This document shows, in pieces, positions 38,870 to 50,535 of a stretch of DNA of 64,000 nt (position 1 is the first letter of the stretch; every line of letters begins with the position of its first letter). Position numbers and translations under genes: made by a program. Below the pieces are notes generated by a model, which did no database searches, was not told the DNA's origin, and saw only the letters and a list, made by a program, of their open reading frames with translations. This stretch comes from Chiloscyllium plagiosum (Eukaryota): positions 7,467,428 to 7,531,427 of the forward strand of contig NC_057754.1 in the NCBI RefSeq assembly GCF_004010195.1. Direction: 5' to 3'.

Positions 38870-39306
38870 CAGAGTGATTGGTGTTCGATAAAGTCTCTTA
38901 ACAAGGGTGAGTTAGGATGCTATGGTTTTGAATCCCTCTGCAGAGATCTGAATGCACAATCTAGGCTGGTAGGTTTACACATTCCTGAGAGGATCTGCAC
39001 TGCCAAAGGTGCTATCTTTTAAATGAGATGTTAAAACTTGGTACCATTTATCCTCAAATGGATGTAAAAAAGCCCATGACTGCAATTGTAAGGAAGGGGT
39101 CGTGGGTGGTATTCTCCCTATTCTCCTGAGGCCAATATTTATCCTTCAATTGACATTACAAAAGCAGGTTATTTAATGCTGCTTGCTGTGCCACAGGATG
39201 GCTTCTGTGTTTCCTACGTTAGTGATTACTTAAAATACTTTGCCCGTAAAATGCTTTGAGATATCCTACAGTTGTGGAAGGTGCGGTGGAAATGCAGGCC
39301 TTTCTT
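38870..39306 (+). mobile_element. Deu-domain SINE (SacSINE/AmnSINE-like)
   Basis: ggtgctatcttttaaatgagatgttaaa, ggccaatatttatccttcaa and gcttgctgtg segments with an aatgcaggcctttctt tail. Confidence 0.6.
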
Positions 39307-39465
39307 GAATTGGCAGTAATTCACACTCTCAATCTCTCCTCTCTTGTTTTGATGAGAATACAGGAACCTAACCTCTTGATTTCAGATTGTCTCACTCTGA
39401 TTCCTCATTTCTGGTCAATGTTTATCATTGGTAAAGTGGTCTGTTCCTATATCTCTCTCCCTCAG

Positions 39466-39559
39466 GATGATAATCACGATTCTAGCCGGCTTATTGTTTG
39501 GGCGAGATGGTTACTATGTGGCGTTGGCTTGGACATCCTGTGCCATCATGTTCTTCCTA
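39466..39559 (+). CDS. YIF1A: YIF1A coding exon 7
   Basis: ctctctccctcag|G ATG...CTA|gtaagt; [31 protein letters not shown]. Confidence 0.96.
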
Positions 39560-39904
39560 GTAAGTGACTCCTTTGTCCTCTCTTGCCTCTCAGGAAATAG
39601 AAAAAAAAATTCACAGTTCCTTTTGTCTTACCCCCATCCTCCCTGTCCCCTCATGATAACAATAATTAAATGGCTAACTAATCATAGAAATGAAATGTTC
39701 TTCAATTAGCCTTCAGGCTACTTATTAAAATCTTGCACTGAAACACACTGCAACTTGTCCAGTCCAGCATGCTTATAACCAAGTTGTTTCTGGATTTCAG
39801 AAGTTTCCAGATTATAAAGTGGCACTAGAATACTAACTACAAGTGAGTCCACTAGGATGTGTTGTCTTTATTTACCTGAAACATCAAACTGCAGGAATAA
39901 CTGA

Positions 39905-40235
39905 GGAGGCGATTGCCTCATGGTATTATCACAAGACTATTAATACAGAGACCCAGACAGTATTCAAGGGAACTGGATTCAAATGGCAGATTGTCGACTT
40001 TGAGTTCCATTATACAAAAAATCTGGAATTGAGAGTCTAATGATGATCATTGTCAATTGTCAGAAAAACACATCTGGTTCACTAATGTTCTTTTGGGACT
40101 GCCATCCTTATCTGGTCTGGCCCACATGGTCAGTCTCGCAGCAATGTAGTTGATTCTTAAACTGCCCTCTGGGTAATTAGGGAATGGCAATAAAATGCTG
40201 ACCTAGCCAGCTACACCCTCATCGTCTGAGTGAAT
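39905..40235 (+). mobile_element. Unclassified SINE-like repeat (related copy at about 22650-22920)
   Basis: Shared segments aaaatctggaat, cattgtcaattg and catctggttcact; tail caataaa.tgctg.ccta.ccag. Confidence 0.45.
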
Positions 40236-40479
40236 TAGAGTAACTGGAATGTTCTTTTCTATCTTTCTTGTATCTGCTCCAAAAGTACTGTACTAAAATG
40301 CTGCTTGGGCCTTAATGAAAGGGTGACTGGACATATTACAATGTATATCTAATTCCCTTTCAAAAATTGCTATTGAATCTTTTTCTACCACCCTTTTCTG
40401 ATAGTACATTCAAGATCACTGAGCAAATTTAAGCAAAATTTCCGTATCTCTTCTAACACTTCATTGAGCAGGTGAACTG

Positions 40480-41210
40480 CCAGTGGTAGAGATGTTTGGG
40501 AATCAACAAGTCACAAATTAATAATTCCTCCCAAGCAGGCTGTACATGCCACACTTCACACCTCAAATCCCCTACTGTTTCTTAAAGGACCAGTTATTGG
40601 AAGCCATTATAATGTACTTTAAGCAACTGGAAAAGCGAGCCATTTCATATTGCTACTGTGCTTTGGCAACTATTTTCCATGACCAGGATGTTGTGGTCAA
40701 GTCAAAAACACTCTTTCTGCTCTAGAAATACGTAATGTGATGTATGGAATTTCAGACATATTAGGAAACACAACTCTGGCGTTTTGTGGTGACTGCACTC
40801 AACTAGGCCATGCTTTGAGCACTCCGGACCTAATGTCTGATGTTAGATGTAGTTCTGTGATTGGACAGCACTTGCTAGATAATCCTAAGTGTATTAGAAT
40901 TAAGCTAACAACAACTTAATATTTCTTTCAGGCTCTCCATGTAGCTTATTTACACTTGCTAGAAGCTACACACATTCGTGTGCAGGGACCTGTTCTCTAC
41001 AGGCACAATGAACACATCCAGAATTTGCACTTTTTTTTTTGACTTAAACAAGAGCATGGTGGACACCTGTTCCCTTGTGCACAGGTGACCAATTGGCATC
41101 CTTTCCTTATGCAATATGAATTGTTCCCTTTGAAATTTTGCATTCTTGCGATTCTATGCTGATTAGTGCAAGGTAAAAAACTTCAACAGCACATCTTTTT
41201 CATTCAGTGA
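40480..41210 (+). mobile_element. Highly degenerate Penelope-like fragment
   Basis: SSVIGQHLLDNPKC and LHLLEATHIRVQGPVL-like remnants of a GIY-YIG C-terminus. Confidence 0.5.
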
Positions 41211-41384
41211 TATAATAATGTGTTCGCACTGATGAGTTTTCAATTTACTCTGTCATTTTGTACATACCAGCATCTCTCCATGCTTGTTGAACTGCTCTCT
41301 CTGAAGACTGCTGGTACCACATCGCATGCAGTCTCACTCTCACTCACTCTTTCTCTTTCCCATCCCACCTTGCCCCCTCCACAG

Positions 41385-41537
41385 GTCCGTTCCTTGAGAA
41401 TGAAAGTCCTGTCCTCCACCTCCGATGGAGTTTCCAGCCATAGCTCCAGGAACCAACTACGGATGTATGTCACCCTGGCTATTGCTGCATTTCAGCCTCT
41501 CATCATTTACTGGCTGACTGTTCACCTGATTCGGTGA
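41385..41537 (+). CDS. YIF1A: YIF1A coding exon 8 (last, with stop)
   Basis: Long pyrimidine tract then cag|GTC; VRSLRMKVL...QLRMYVTLAIAAFQPLIIYWLTVHLIR*, the YIF1 C-terminus. Confidence 0.97.
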   Translation, partial: VRSLRMKVLSSTSDGVSSHSSRNQLRMYVTLAIAAFQPLIIYWLTVHLIR

Positions 41538-43011
41538 GGGATACTGAGGTGGTAGTCTAGGGTTTGTGGGGGGGAGGGGTGGGGTAGAGTGCCAAGTATT
41601 GTGGGTTTTGTCATTCTATCCCAATGTATCATTGCACAATATTAAGCTGGTCCCTTCCTCAGAAGATGCTAGCAGTTTATAAAGGAGTGCCAAAAATGTT
41701 CCACTTGTTTACTTTGAAACCAGAATTCTACAGCCTCAGCCAGAGCTGTATGTGGTACATAATTCCAGACAGGTGTACCGTCTCTAATGTTGTCTGTGAA
41801 TGAAGTATGAGTTTGCTGTGGTGAGGACTTTTATTGTACAGGGTGTCTGTCCTGGTGTACAGGAAAGTTTGAGAGAGTTGCACTCACATCATGAGTTATT
41901 GCTCATTTAGACCATGGCTGTGAAAACATGAAAGACATGAGAACAAGAATCAAAGCACTCTACTCTAAATCTTTACTCCATCTGTATCGTGCACTCCCCT
42001 CAAAAGGTTGTGATTAAAAGCCCCACTCCAGGATACATAACCGAGGCTGGTATTTCAATGCTACACTGACATGCTGAAGCAATCCATTAAGCCAAGGCTG
42101 CGTCTGCCCCAGATATTCCACACAGCCTTACAATCCAAGCCTCAATAAAAGAAATGACAAAGATGCTGCAGCATATTGTGCCCATGCTGTTGTTGCAGCA
42201 CTCGGTGATACTGTTTATAAAACTGACATCCCAGCCTAATTGAGTTGTACAGTACCAGTAATTCTTCCAGTTATCAGTTTGTGCATTCTCTCTCATCTTC
42301 CACTCCAACACCATCCTTCCCTGCTTCCCTGACCCTCCTGTTGGAGGAGGAAGTGCCTTTAAAAAAAAAAAGTCCTACACTACCACAATACTATTGATTA
42401 ACACTTCGGTATAATTTTTAATAAAATCGCCAGTATGTCAAGAGAGATGACTTGGTGCAACTTCCCTAATATATTGTGAAATTTTAGTTTTATGTTGAAG
42501 CTGGGAGCCAGCCATCACCCCAGATAGCCACTCCTGCATCTGCTATTTGAGAGTGTTTCCTGCCTTTGAGAGGCATGGCTGTTAGTGGCTTAGAGAAATG
42601 GCTTAGTATGCAGGAGAGAGGATAAAACCGACCTGGACACCTTCCTAGAGCTATTCTAGGCAGCTACAGTGTATTAGAGTCTTTGGCGCAGCTCAGCTGT
42701 TACTTCCCAGCCGTCAGCAGTGGCAATAAAACTGAATGTCCCTCCCTGACAAGCAGGCTGTAATAGAACAGAGACTCCTGAACCTTTCCTGCAGACTACC
42801 ACCATAACTGTTTTTTCAGTAAATGGGCATTAATCCCATAAGTACAGCAGATGACAGACATGGAACTTTGCTTTGTTTTAATCAACCTGTGGCTTCTTTG
42901 ACCATTTGCTGGTTTGAGGATGAATGGAGGACTTCTCCTGCCAGTTGATCTTTGCAGTGGTTCTCAACGTAATGTGTTTTAAATCATTGCCCTGCTGCTG
43001 ACTCTGTAAAT

Positions 43012-43021
43012 AATAAATAAA
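43012..43021 (+). terminator. Probable distal polyadenylation signal of YIF1A
   Basis: Overlapping AATAAATAAA followed by a GT/T-rich tract, at the end of a repeat-free stretch of about 1.5 kb after the stop. Other AATAAA at 42144, 42420 and 42725. Confidence 0.55.
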
Positions 43022-43339
43022 ATGCATCATGTTTTAAACCTGTTTGTTGTCATACTCTTCATTACTTCCAATGTTGATTGCAAGTTGGGTTGCCAACTCC
43101 AAATCTTTCATGGCTGTTCACTGGTTGGTCCCTGTCTCGAGGAAAACAGAGCCACACTGGTTCCCAGTGCCTAATAGCCCACTGGCCATGAGTGGGAGGG
43201 AAAATTAATAACATTTAATAAATCATTTGTGGACATCAGTGAGATACAATGGCCATTAAGGATGCTGCATTTTCTTTTACTCCAACTTTCGCATTTGTGA
43301 TCCATCCCACATTGTCACTTGGGGAAGTGGTGATGAGCG

Positions 43340-43530
43340 AACACCTTGAGCCAGTGCAGTGGACAGCTGGAACTGACACCCAGAAGCGGCAGAGACAAAC
43401 CACTATAAATGCCAGAGGGAACATCTCAGAAGCACTTCACAGGAGGCTCCCACACACTGAGGATGTCACCTAGACAGGGGACGAAACGTCTGCAACACAA
43501 ATTCCCAGTTCGGTGAACAGAACCACGACA
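43340..43530 (+). mobile_element. Penelope terminal-repeat fragment with intact hammerhead core
   Basis: CTGAGGA-T-GTC-acctagacaggg-GAC-GAAACGTC at 43457-43490. Confidence 0.65.
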
Positions 43531-44232
43531 CTGATTCTATGATCTGTGTTCTTCAAATAGCTGCTGTCTTTTAAATATCACTTTCTACACAATGCAGTCT
43601 TACCCATCTTCCCTCAGCCCCTGGCTGGAAGCGAGGCTGGAGGAATGACTGTTGCTCTTGTCCCTTACACTGAGTCACAACATAAATTAAAATTAACCTT
43701 TCCAGCTGCCAAGATGATCATTGCCGTATCTTTATCAAGTTTAAATGAGATCTCTCAACCAGATTCTTGAATAACCACAATTATTGGTTTATTGTAAAAA
43801 AAAAGTTAATGAAGATTTAATAATTATCAGCAAAGTTTGTCCCTTGAAATATTCCCAAAACATACACAAAAATAAACGCATGCTCTTAAGGGGGAAGATG
43901 GATTTCACATTAGAGGTTAGCTTTTCAAAAAAAAAGGTTTGATGAAAAAAATTATTGTAGGAGGCAAAATAAGAAAGTGAAATGTTCCAGAACTTGGCGC
44001 TTATGTTCCAGAGCTGTGCTGTTTGGGCACCTGTGGTCAAGTAACTAATCACACATGGTGGTCTTTTGAAGTTTTACCATCACAACTTCCTCAGGAAATA
44101 CCACCTTGAGATATTCTGTCAAAACAAACAAAAAGATTTTACCTTGCGCTCGGTGAGAAGGTTTACTTTTCAGATGTTAGAGAGATGAAAGACATAGCTT
44201 GTTCTTAAAAAGGCTTCCTTCCCAATCTCAAT

Positions 44233-44550
44233 TTGTTCTTGGCGCACTTTCCTCCCAGTGTTGGCTTGCTCTTAGCGCGCTTTCCTCCTGATCTCGGCTT
44301 GTTCTTAGCGCGCTTTCCTCCCGATCTTGGCTTGTTCTTAGCGCGCTTTCCTCCTGATCTCGGCTTGTTCTTAGCGCGCTTTCCTCCTGATCTCGGCTTG
44401 TTCTTAGCGCGCTTTCCTCTCGATCTCGGTTTGTTCTTAGCGCGCTTTCCTCCTGATCTTGGCTTGTTCTTAGCACGCTTTCTTCTGCATCTCGGCTTGT
44501 TCTTAGCGCACTTTCCTCCCAGTCTCAGCTTGTTCTTGGCGCGCTTTCCT
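44233..44550. repeat. 33-bp minisatellite, about 9.5 copies
   Basis: Unit TTGTTCTTAGCGCGCTTTCCTCCTGATCTCGGC. Confidence 0.95.
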
Positions 44551-45914
44551 TCAATTCAACCAGCTAAAGCAAGAACCTCTGTAAGGTAGTCACTATTCAG
44601 ACAGCTGCAGCAAGAGTTTGCACCAAAGGAACCAATTATTACCAATCATGTAGTTTAAGGAAGCCTTGTTAATTAAAAAAAAATCTGTTACTCACAATAA
44701 AACATTCAATTTCCTCTTTCAAAGAAATCACAGCAGGGGCTTCCACGAAATGCAAATAAAACCCAATTTCAAAACTTGTGACTTTTTAAGTAGTATTAAA
44801 TACACTAAGAAAATGGTGTTAAAACGATGAATGTTGGAGCCGTTTCCATGGAGTTTTTTTACACTGGAATTTACACCATGGAGTCTTCATACCCACTAGA
44901 ATTGAGGTTACCACCTCTGTGCCTCATACTGGCACCATTTTCAATGCTCACTTCTCTGGAATATACTGAAATAGACTATATCACAATCATACATGGGCAA
45001 ATCTGCAATTACTGAATAATGAAAATGACTCTACTTGCTATTGATGCTGACTTTTCATATTAGTAAGTGGGAGACTTGGCAAATAGCAGACAGTTTGGAT
45101 AGGGACTGTCAACCTCATCCTGGATTGCAGTCGACGTAGGCACTGCAGTTGCCATATTTATCCTGAGGGTTGTTCAGGAAGTTATGGGGCAATGAGTTTG
45201 ATTCCCATTGTGGGTGAATGTATGGGAAGCCTTCTTTCAAGATAAGGTATTGGGCATCCAAATCAAAGTGAAATGGTAAGAGGCTAACTTCATGTAGAAG
45301 AAGAGGTGTGAAAGTATGCCTCATGGACTTGGTAGGTATTTTTAGCCAACTTGTGACACACCTCTGGAATAAATGGAACTTAAACACAGGCCCTCTAGCC
45401 TAGGTGTGGGGGCATCACTATTTCACCATCCTTGGGAGAGCTGTGGTAAGTGGCTGGGATGATTTGAAATACCTAATAACAAATCTATAATTGGTTGATT
45501 GATAGAACGCGGAAGGGAGTGGTATGGTGGAGAGAGATTTGAAGATACTTGGAAATTATGTTCGAATTGGAGTTATAGTAGGTCCTCAAGTCTACTCTGC
45601 CATTCAATAAGACCATGGATGATCTGATCTTAGAGAAACAAAGGAATTCTGCATAGACAAAACCAAAATCCAGAGCATGTATTACATAAGAGTAAAGAAA
45701 ATAACCTTGCTGAGAAATGAGAGATACTGACAATATATTTAAGCTTGTTGCCATAACGCTCAGTGACAGTGATGTGAAATTACATTGAAGGATCAAGGTT
45801 GAGCTGCAATAGTGCCTCTCTGTGAATCATGACTCATAGAACATTGTGCCATCAGAACAGTGTGTAAAGAAATGATATTGCAGCAATAGAAAGAGATAGA
45901 GCAGAGGGCAAGAA

Positions 45915-46246
45915 TTAGATTAGATTCCCTACAGTATGGAAACAGGCCTTTCAGCCCAGCAAATCCACACTGACCCTCCGAAGAGTGACCCATCCAGCCC
46001 CATTCCCCTACCCTATATTTACCCCTGACTAACACACCTAACACTATCGGCAATTTAGCATAGCCAATTCACCTGGCCAGCACATCTTTGGATTGTGGGG
46101 GGAAACCCGACCACCCAGGGGAAACTCGTGCGGACACGGGGAGAACATGCAAACTCCACACAGGCAGTCACCCAATGCAGGAATTGAACCCAGGTCCCTG
46201 GTGCTGTGAGGCAGCTGTGCTAACTGCTGAGCCAGTGTGCTGCCCC
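45915..46246 (-). mobile_element. tRNA-derived SINE (HE1-type)
   Basis: Reverse complement of the head ggctcagcagttagcacagctgcctcacagcaccaggga; (TAATC)n tail. Confidence 0.8.
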
Positions 46247-46657
46247 TAATTGTATTGAAATCAAATTCACCATAGTGGGATTTGAGGCCATAACCAGACA
46301 GCATCAACCTGAGCCTCTGCATAACCAGTTCAGTAACCTTACCAGTGCGCCACCACATCCCTAGAGTAGAAATGATTATGGTGATGAAGGGATTCAATTT
46401 TGAAGGGCAAAGATGTAGACTTAAGCATATTCTCACTAGGAAAGAAAAGGTTGAGAGGTTGTTCATTTATACATTTCAGGATTCTTAAATGAGCAGACAA
46501 TAACAACCCCAAGGAGCTATTTCACACCGTCTGACCAGAGGACAAGTCCTGCACAGTAAAGGTTTTAAGGTAAGAGGGGAATGATTTTAAAAGGTACATG
46601 AAAGGCAACTTTTTCACATAGAGGGTGGTGCATATATGGAAGTAGTGGAGGCGGATA

Positions 46658-46978
46658 GAATTAGAATCCCTACACTGTGAAAACAGGCCCTTCGGTCCAA
46701 AACGTAGCGTAACCCATCCAGACCCATTCCCCAACCTCTTTTTACCCCTGACTAATGCACCTCACCTACACATCCTTGAACACTATGGGGCAATTTAGCA
46801 TGGCCATTTCACCCTCACCCTCACATCTTTGGATTGTGGGAAACCGGAGCACCCGGAGAAACCCATGCAGATACAGGGAGAGCATGCAAACGCCACACAG
46901 TTGCCAAAGGCTGTGATCAAACCCAGGTCTCTGGCGCTGTGAGGCAGCAGTGCTAACCACTGAGCCACCGTGCCACCC
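46658..46978 (-). mobile_element. tRNA-derived SINE (HE1-type) inserted in a CR1 3' fragment (about 46550-47130, +)
   Basis: Head ggtggcacggtggctcagtggttagcactgctgcc on the minus strand; CR1 sequence resumes after 46985. Confidence 0.8.
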
Positions 46979-48002
46979 TATCATGATCACAACATTTAAA
47001 AGACATTTGGACAGGTATATGGATTCAAAATGTTTAGAGGGATATGGACCAAGCACAGTTTAGTTTGAGAAATCTGGTCAGCATGGACAGGTTGGATTGA
47101 AGGGTTTGTTTCCGAGCTGTATGACCCAATGAATGAAGTCAAAGATAATGTGCAGAAATGATCTTTGAATAAAGAGGTAGTTGGCTGGTGTACAGAATAT
47201 ATCTTCTGGGGAAGCCAATGGAAAGTATTGATGGTTTGTACACAGCTTTAATACTGATAGACCTTTTCACATAATAATGTTTTGGAACAAATGAAATGAG
47301 TCATTGGAGATATACCATGCCATGTGGTAAGTGTAACATGCTTTGGAGGAACATGTGACTTTGGATGCTTAACATTGGTGGTTCAAACAGTCTACTTCTG
47401 CTCCTAATCCCTATGGTTTCCAGAGCAGTTCGCCACTGGAGGTTCCCTCTTGTCATGCCTGGACCTAATGAGGCTGGATCAAGAGTCATGAAGGGTGTAA
47501 TGTCAGGGTGTAACTCTTGAGCAGGAATCTGGGGGGGATGCCCAACCTCTGCTCCATGTTAGAACCAACAACACAGGAAATATTAGGGAAAGGAGCACAT
47601 GGAGATCACCAGGAAGGAAAGCTAATTTGAAGAGCAGGCGCCAGTCTTGAGATTAGTACTCAAGACATACCAAGGAATGGGTCTGGATGGGTTACTCTAC
47701 TTGTTGGGCCGAAGGGTCTGTTTCCACACTGTAGGGATTCTAATCATGTTTCTAATTGATACAAGTTATAAAGGTCAAAAGATGTGGGATGGAGAAATTC
47801 CAGTTTCATGGGACACATGGCAGTATTATCCTAAGGATTCAGCTATGACAACAGGTCAGGCTGGGACCAAGGGTCCTGGTGGAATGGGTAATTAGGATTG
47901 CAAGTACAACATTAAAATAGTAACAAGGTGGGAGGGATATAGTAGAAATCACATTAAAAGGATAAGGAAATGAGATTAAAGGGCCAGCTAAATAATAATA
48001 GT

Positions 48003-48084
48003 TGAAAATGTGTTGCTGGAAAAGCGCTTTTCCAGCAACACATTTTCAGCTCTGATCTCCAGCATCTGCAGTCCTCACTTTCTC
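48003..48084. mobile_element. 82-bp fold-back insertion with 15-bp TSD
   Basis: CTAAATAATAATAGT at 47988-48002 and 48085-48099; perfect 46-bp palindrome at 48003-48048; same family as 7986-8112. Confidence 0.85.
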
Positions 48085-48109
48085 CTAAATAATAATAGTA
48101 CAAAGTTAT

Positions 48110-48400
48110 AGGGCGGCAAGTGGCTCAGTGGTTAGCACTGCTGCCTCACAGCGCCAGGGACACGGGTTCGACTGTGTGAAGTTTGTACATTCTCCCTGTG
48201 TCTGCGTGGGTTTCCTCCCACAGTCCAAAGATGTGCAGGTTAGGTGAATTGACCATGCTAAATTGCCCGTAGTGTTAGGTGTATTAGTCAGGAATAAATA
48301 TAGGGTAGTGAACGGGTCTGGATGGGTTACTGTTTGGAGGGTCGGTGTGGACATGTTGGGCTGAAGGGCCTGTTTCCATACTGTAGGGAATCTAATCTAA
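48110..48400 (+). mobile_element. tRNA-derived SINE (HE1-type)
   Basis: gtggctcagtggttagcactgctgcctcacagcgccaggga...ggttcga head (A/B boxes) and gaatctaatctaa tail. Confidence 0.82.
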
Positions 48401-49817
48401 ATGGGTAGAGATCAATAAAGCTGTACAGCATGAAGACTAAGCAACTTGCAAAAGTGATGAAAAATATAAATAATTTAAAATTTTGTTGTGGCTGACTCTT
48501 ACACTGAGGGGAAAAGCCTATATTTTCTTTGTGCCTTTAATTCCAAAGTGAAACTGTGGATTATTTTGAAGAGGGCTTAATTGGGTTTTCTACCAAGCAT
48601 TTTAGTCCCAGGAAATGCTTGTATTACCAGAGGTTATAATGGGGCTAAAAGATAAATTTGTTAGTTTGAAGATCAAATCACAATTGGGTCTCAGAAGCTG
48701 CAATTTGAAAGGACAGTAAAATTGACCAAGGACTGAAGGTAGAATACAGAAAATATCAGTTTACGAGGAAATGATGGTGGGATTACATTCCTAAAATACT
48801 GAGCCATCATCCGATGCAACCTGCAATCTGAAAGACGTATTCATCTTGAATACAATGGAAATGCTTAGACACTAGAGGCAGGGCAAAACTCTTTAATCAT
48901 GTTACACAGGTGCCATCTTCATCCAAGTCAGTAAAAAGTGAGCAGTTATTTCTGTTTGTTTACCAAGTGCTCTGTTAGCTTGCCTGTGTGGGATCCCCTC
49001 CAGCTAATTATTGCCACAAAAACGTTTTGCAGTATCATTGACAGTGACAGCACAGGAGAAGGCCATTCAGGTCAGTATGTCTGCACAAAGGAGCAATTTA
49101 CTCAGTGTCATTCTCTCCACAACCCTGTGTGTTTTTCCTTTTCATTAACAGTCAAATTCCCTTCTGGTTACCTCAATCAAAGTTGCCTCCAACATATGCT
49201 AAGGCAGTGCATTCCAGATCATACACACTCGCTATTCAATTTTGCTTCTTTTACCTGCCAAGATCATGGTCTTTTTATTTTGACTTGTTTTTGATTGTGG
49301 ACCGAAATGCAAAAATAAGCTTTAGAAATGAAACAAGGATTGTTGAGTGATTGCTGCACCTTTTGAAGAGCGTGTAACCTGACACTCTTTGTAAGTGCTT
49401 TTTAAACTGATGCTGGTTTTGAGTAGTGTTTCAAGTGAAGAGGTAGAGCTAATGGGTGTATACAAATAAAGAAGGGGCAAGAAACTGATTGGATTTTAGA
49501 CTAGTGACCAGTTATTGGTGACAAAGGCATTCTGGCATTCCAGACGGGCCACCCGAAATAGTGAACTAATGGTGGACGATAAGAAACTTACCATGGAGTT
49601 ACAAAAGATGGACAATGATTAAAGCATGCTGGGAAATAGAACCCAGCCTTGACCAAAGTGACTGTGCTAATCCACATGCTGCAGAATCCAGACAGGCTTG
49701 CAAACCTGACAGCTGCAGACCCTGCAATACACACCTGACATTGGGCTTGAATGAGACAGTGAAATGTCGCCTTTGGGAGCAGCAAGTCATTCTGTAGACA
49801 CCGAGGAGCCTAGCATC

Positions 49818-50535
49818 TTTTTTTTATTTCAAAAAATATACTTTATTCATAAAATAATTTGATGGTCTATACAGTTGGTCATGCCATACATATGTAAACA
49901 TTTGCATACAGAGATCAGAATTTATCATTTGTATATACAGGTCTGTATGTTTATCAATCATATGTTTTATTCCTGATGAAGGGCTTTTGCCCGAAATGTC
50001 GATTTTGCTGCTCGTCGGATGCTGCCTGAATTGCTGTGCTCTTCCAGCACCACTGATCCAGAATCTGATTTCCAGCATCTTCAGTCATTGTTTTTACCTT
50101 GTCCATATATTTTGCTGAGGCGTCAGCAGAGCCCAAAAGACTGTGTGGGCCCCCTGTTCTTCTTAGGCAGGCAGATGTTACATGATGGTCTTTCCCCACC
50201 ACACCTTGGCGGCAGCTGCCCCAAGCTTCAGCGCGTCCCTCAACATGTAGTCCTGGACCTTGGAATGTGCCAGTCTGCAACAGTCATTCGGGGTCAACTC
50301 CTTCAGCTGGAAGATCAACAGGTTTCGGACCGCCCAGAGAGCGTCCTTCACTGAGTTGATGATCCTCCAGGCACAGTTGATGTTCGTCTCGGTGTGCGTC
50401 CCGGGGAACAGGCCGTAGAGCACGGAGTCCCGCGTCATGGCACTGCTCGGGACGAACCTCGACAAACACCACTGCATTCCTCTCCAGATCTCTCCAGACT
50501 TGGTGCTTGTTGGAAAGCACCTTCTTTTGGAGGAG
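49818..50535 (-). mobile_element. L1/Tx1-clade LINE 3' end, interrupted at about 49968-50100
   Basis: SVLYGLFPGTHTETNINCAWRIINSVKDALWAVRNLLIFQ...W, an L1/Tx1-like ORF2 C-terminus; AATAAA and an A-rich tail at about 49818-49850 on the minus strand. Confidence 0.7.
49968..50100 (+). mobile_element. Hammerhead-bearing short element
   Basis: attc-CTGATGA-AGGGCTTTTGCCC-GAAATGTC-gatt; same family as 10998-11137. Confidence 0.75.

Noticed and set aside
21241..41537. Assignment as YIF1B
   Set aside because: Diagnostic residues (PYTHQNWE, [26 protein letters not shown]) match YIF1A.
44228..44589. Repetitive ORFs on both strands (LFLARFPPDLG / RDQEESALRTS), or a CRISPR-like array
   Set aside because: Open frames follow from a 33-bp unit without stops. 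There are no unique spacers, no cas genes and no splice context.
48110..48175. tRNA gene
   Set aside because: The A/B-box head continues into a multi-copy SINE body and tail, with no complete cloverleaf.
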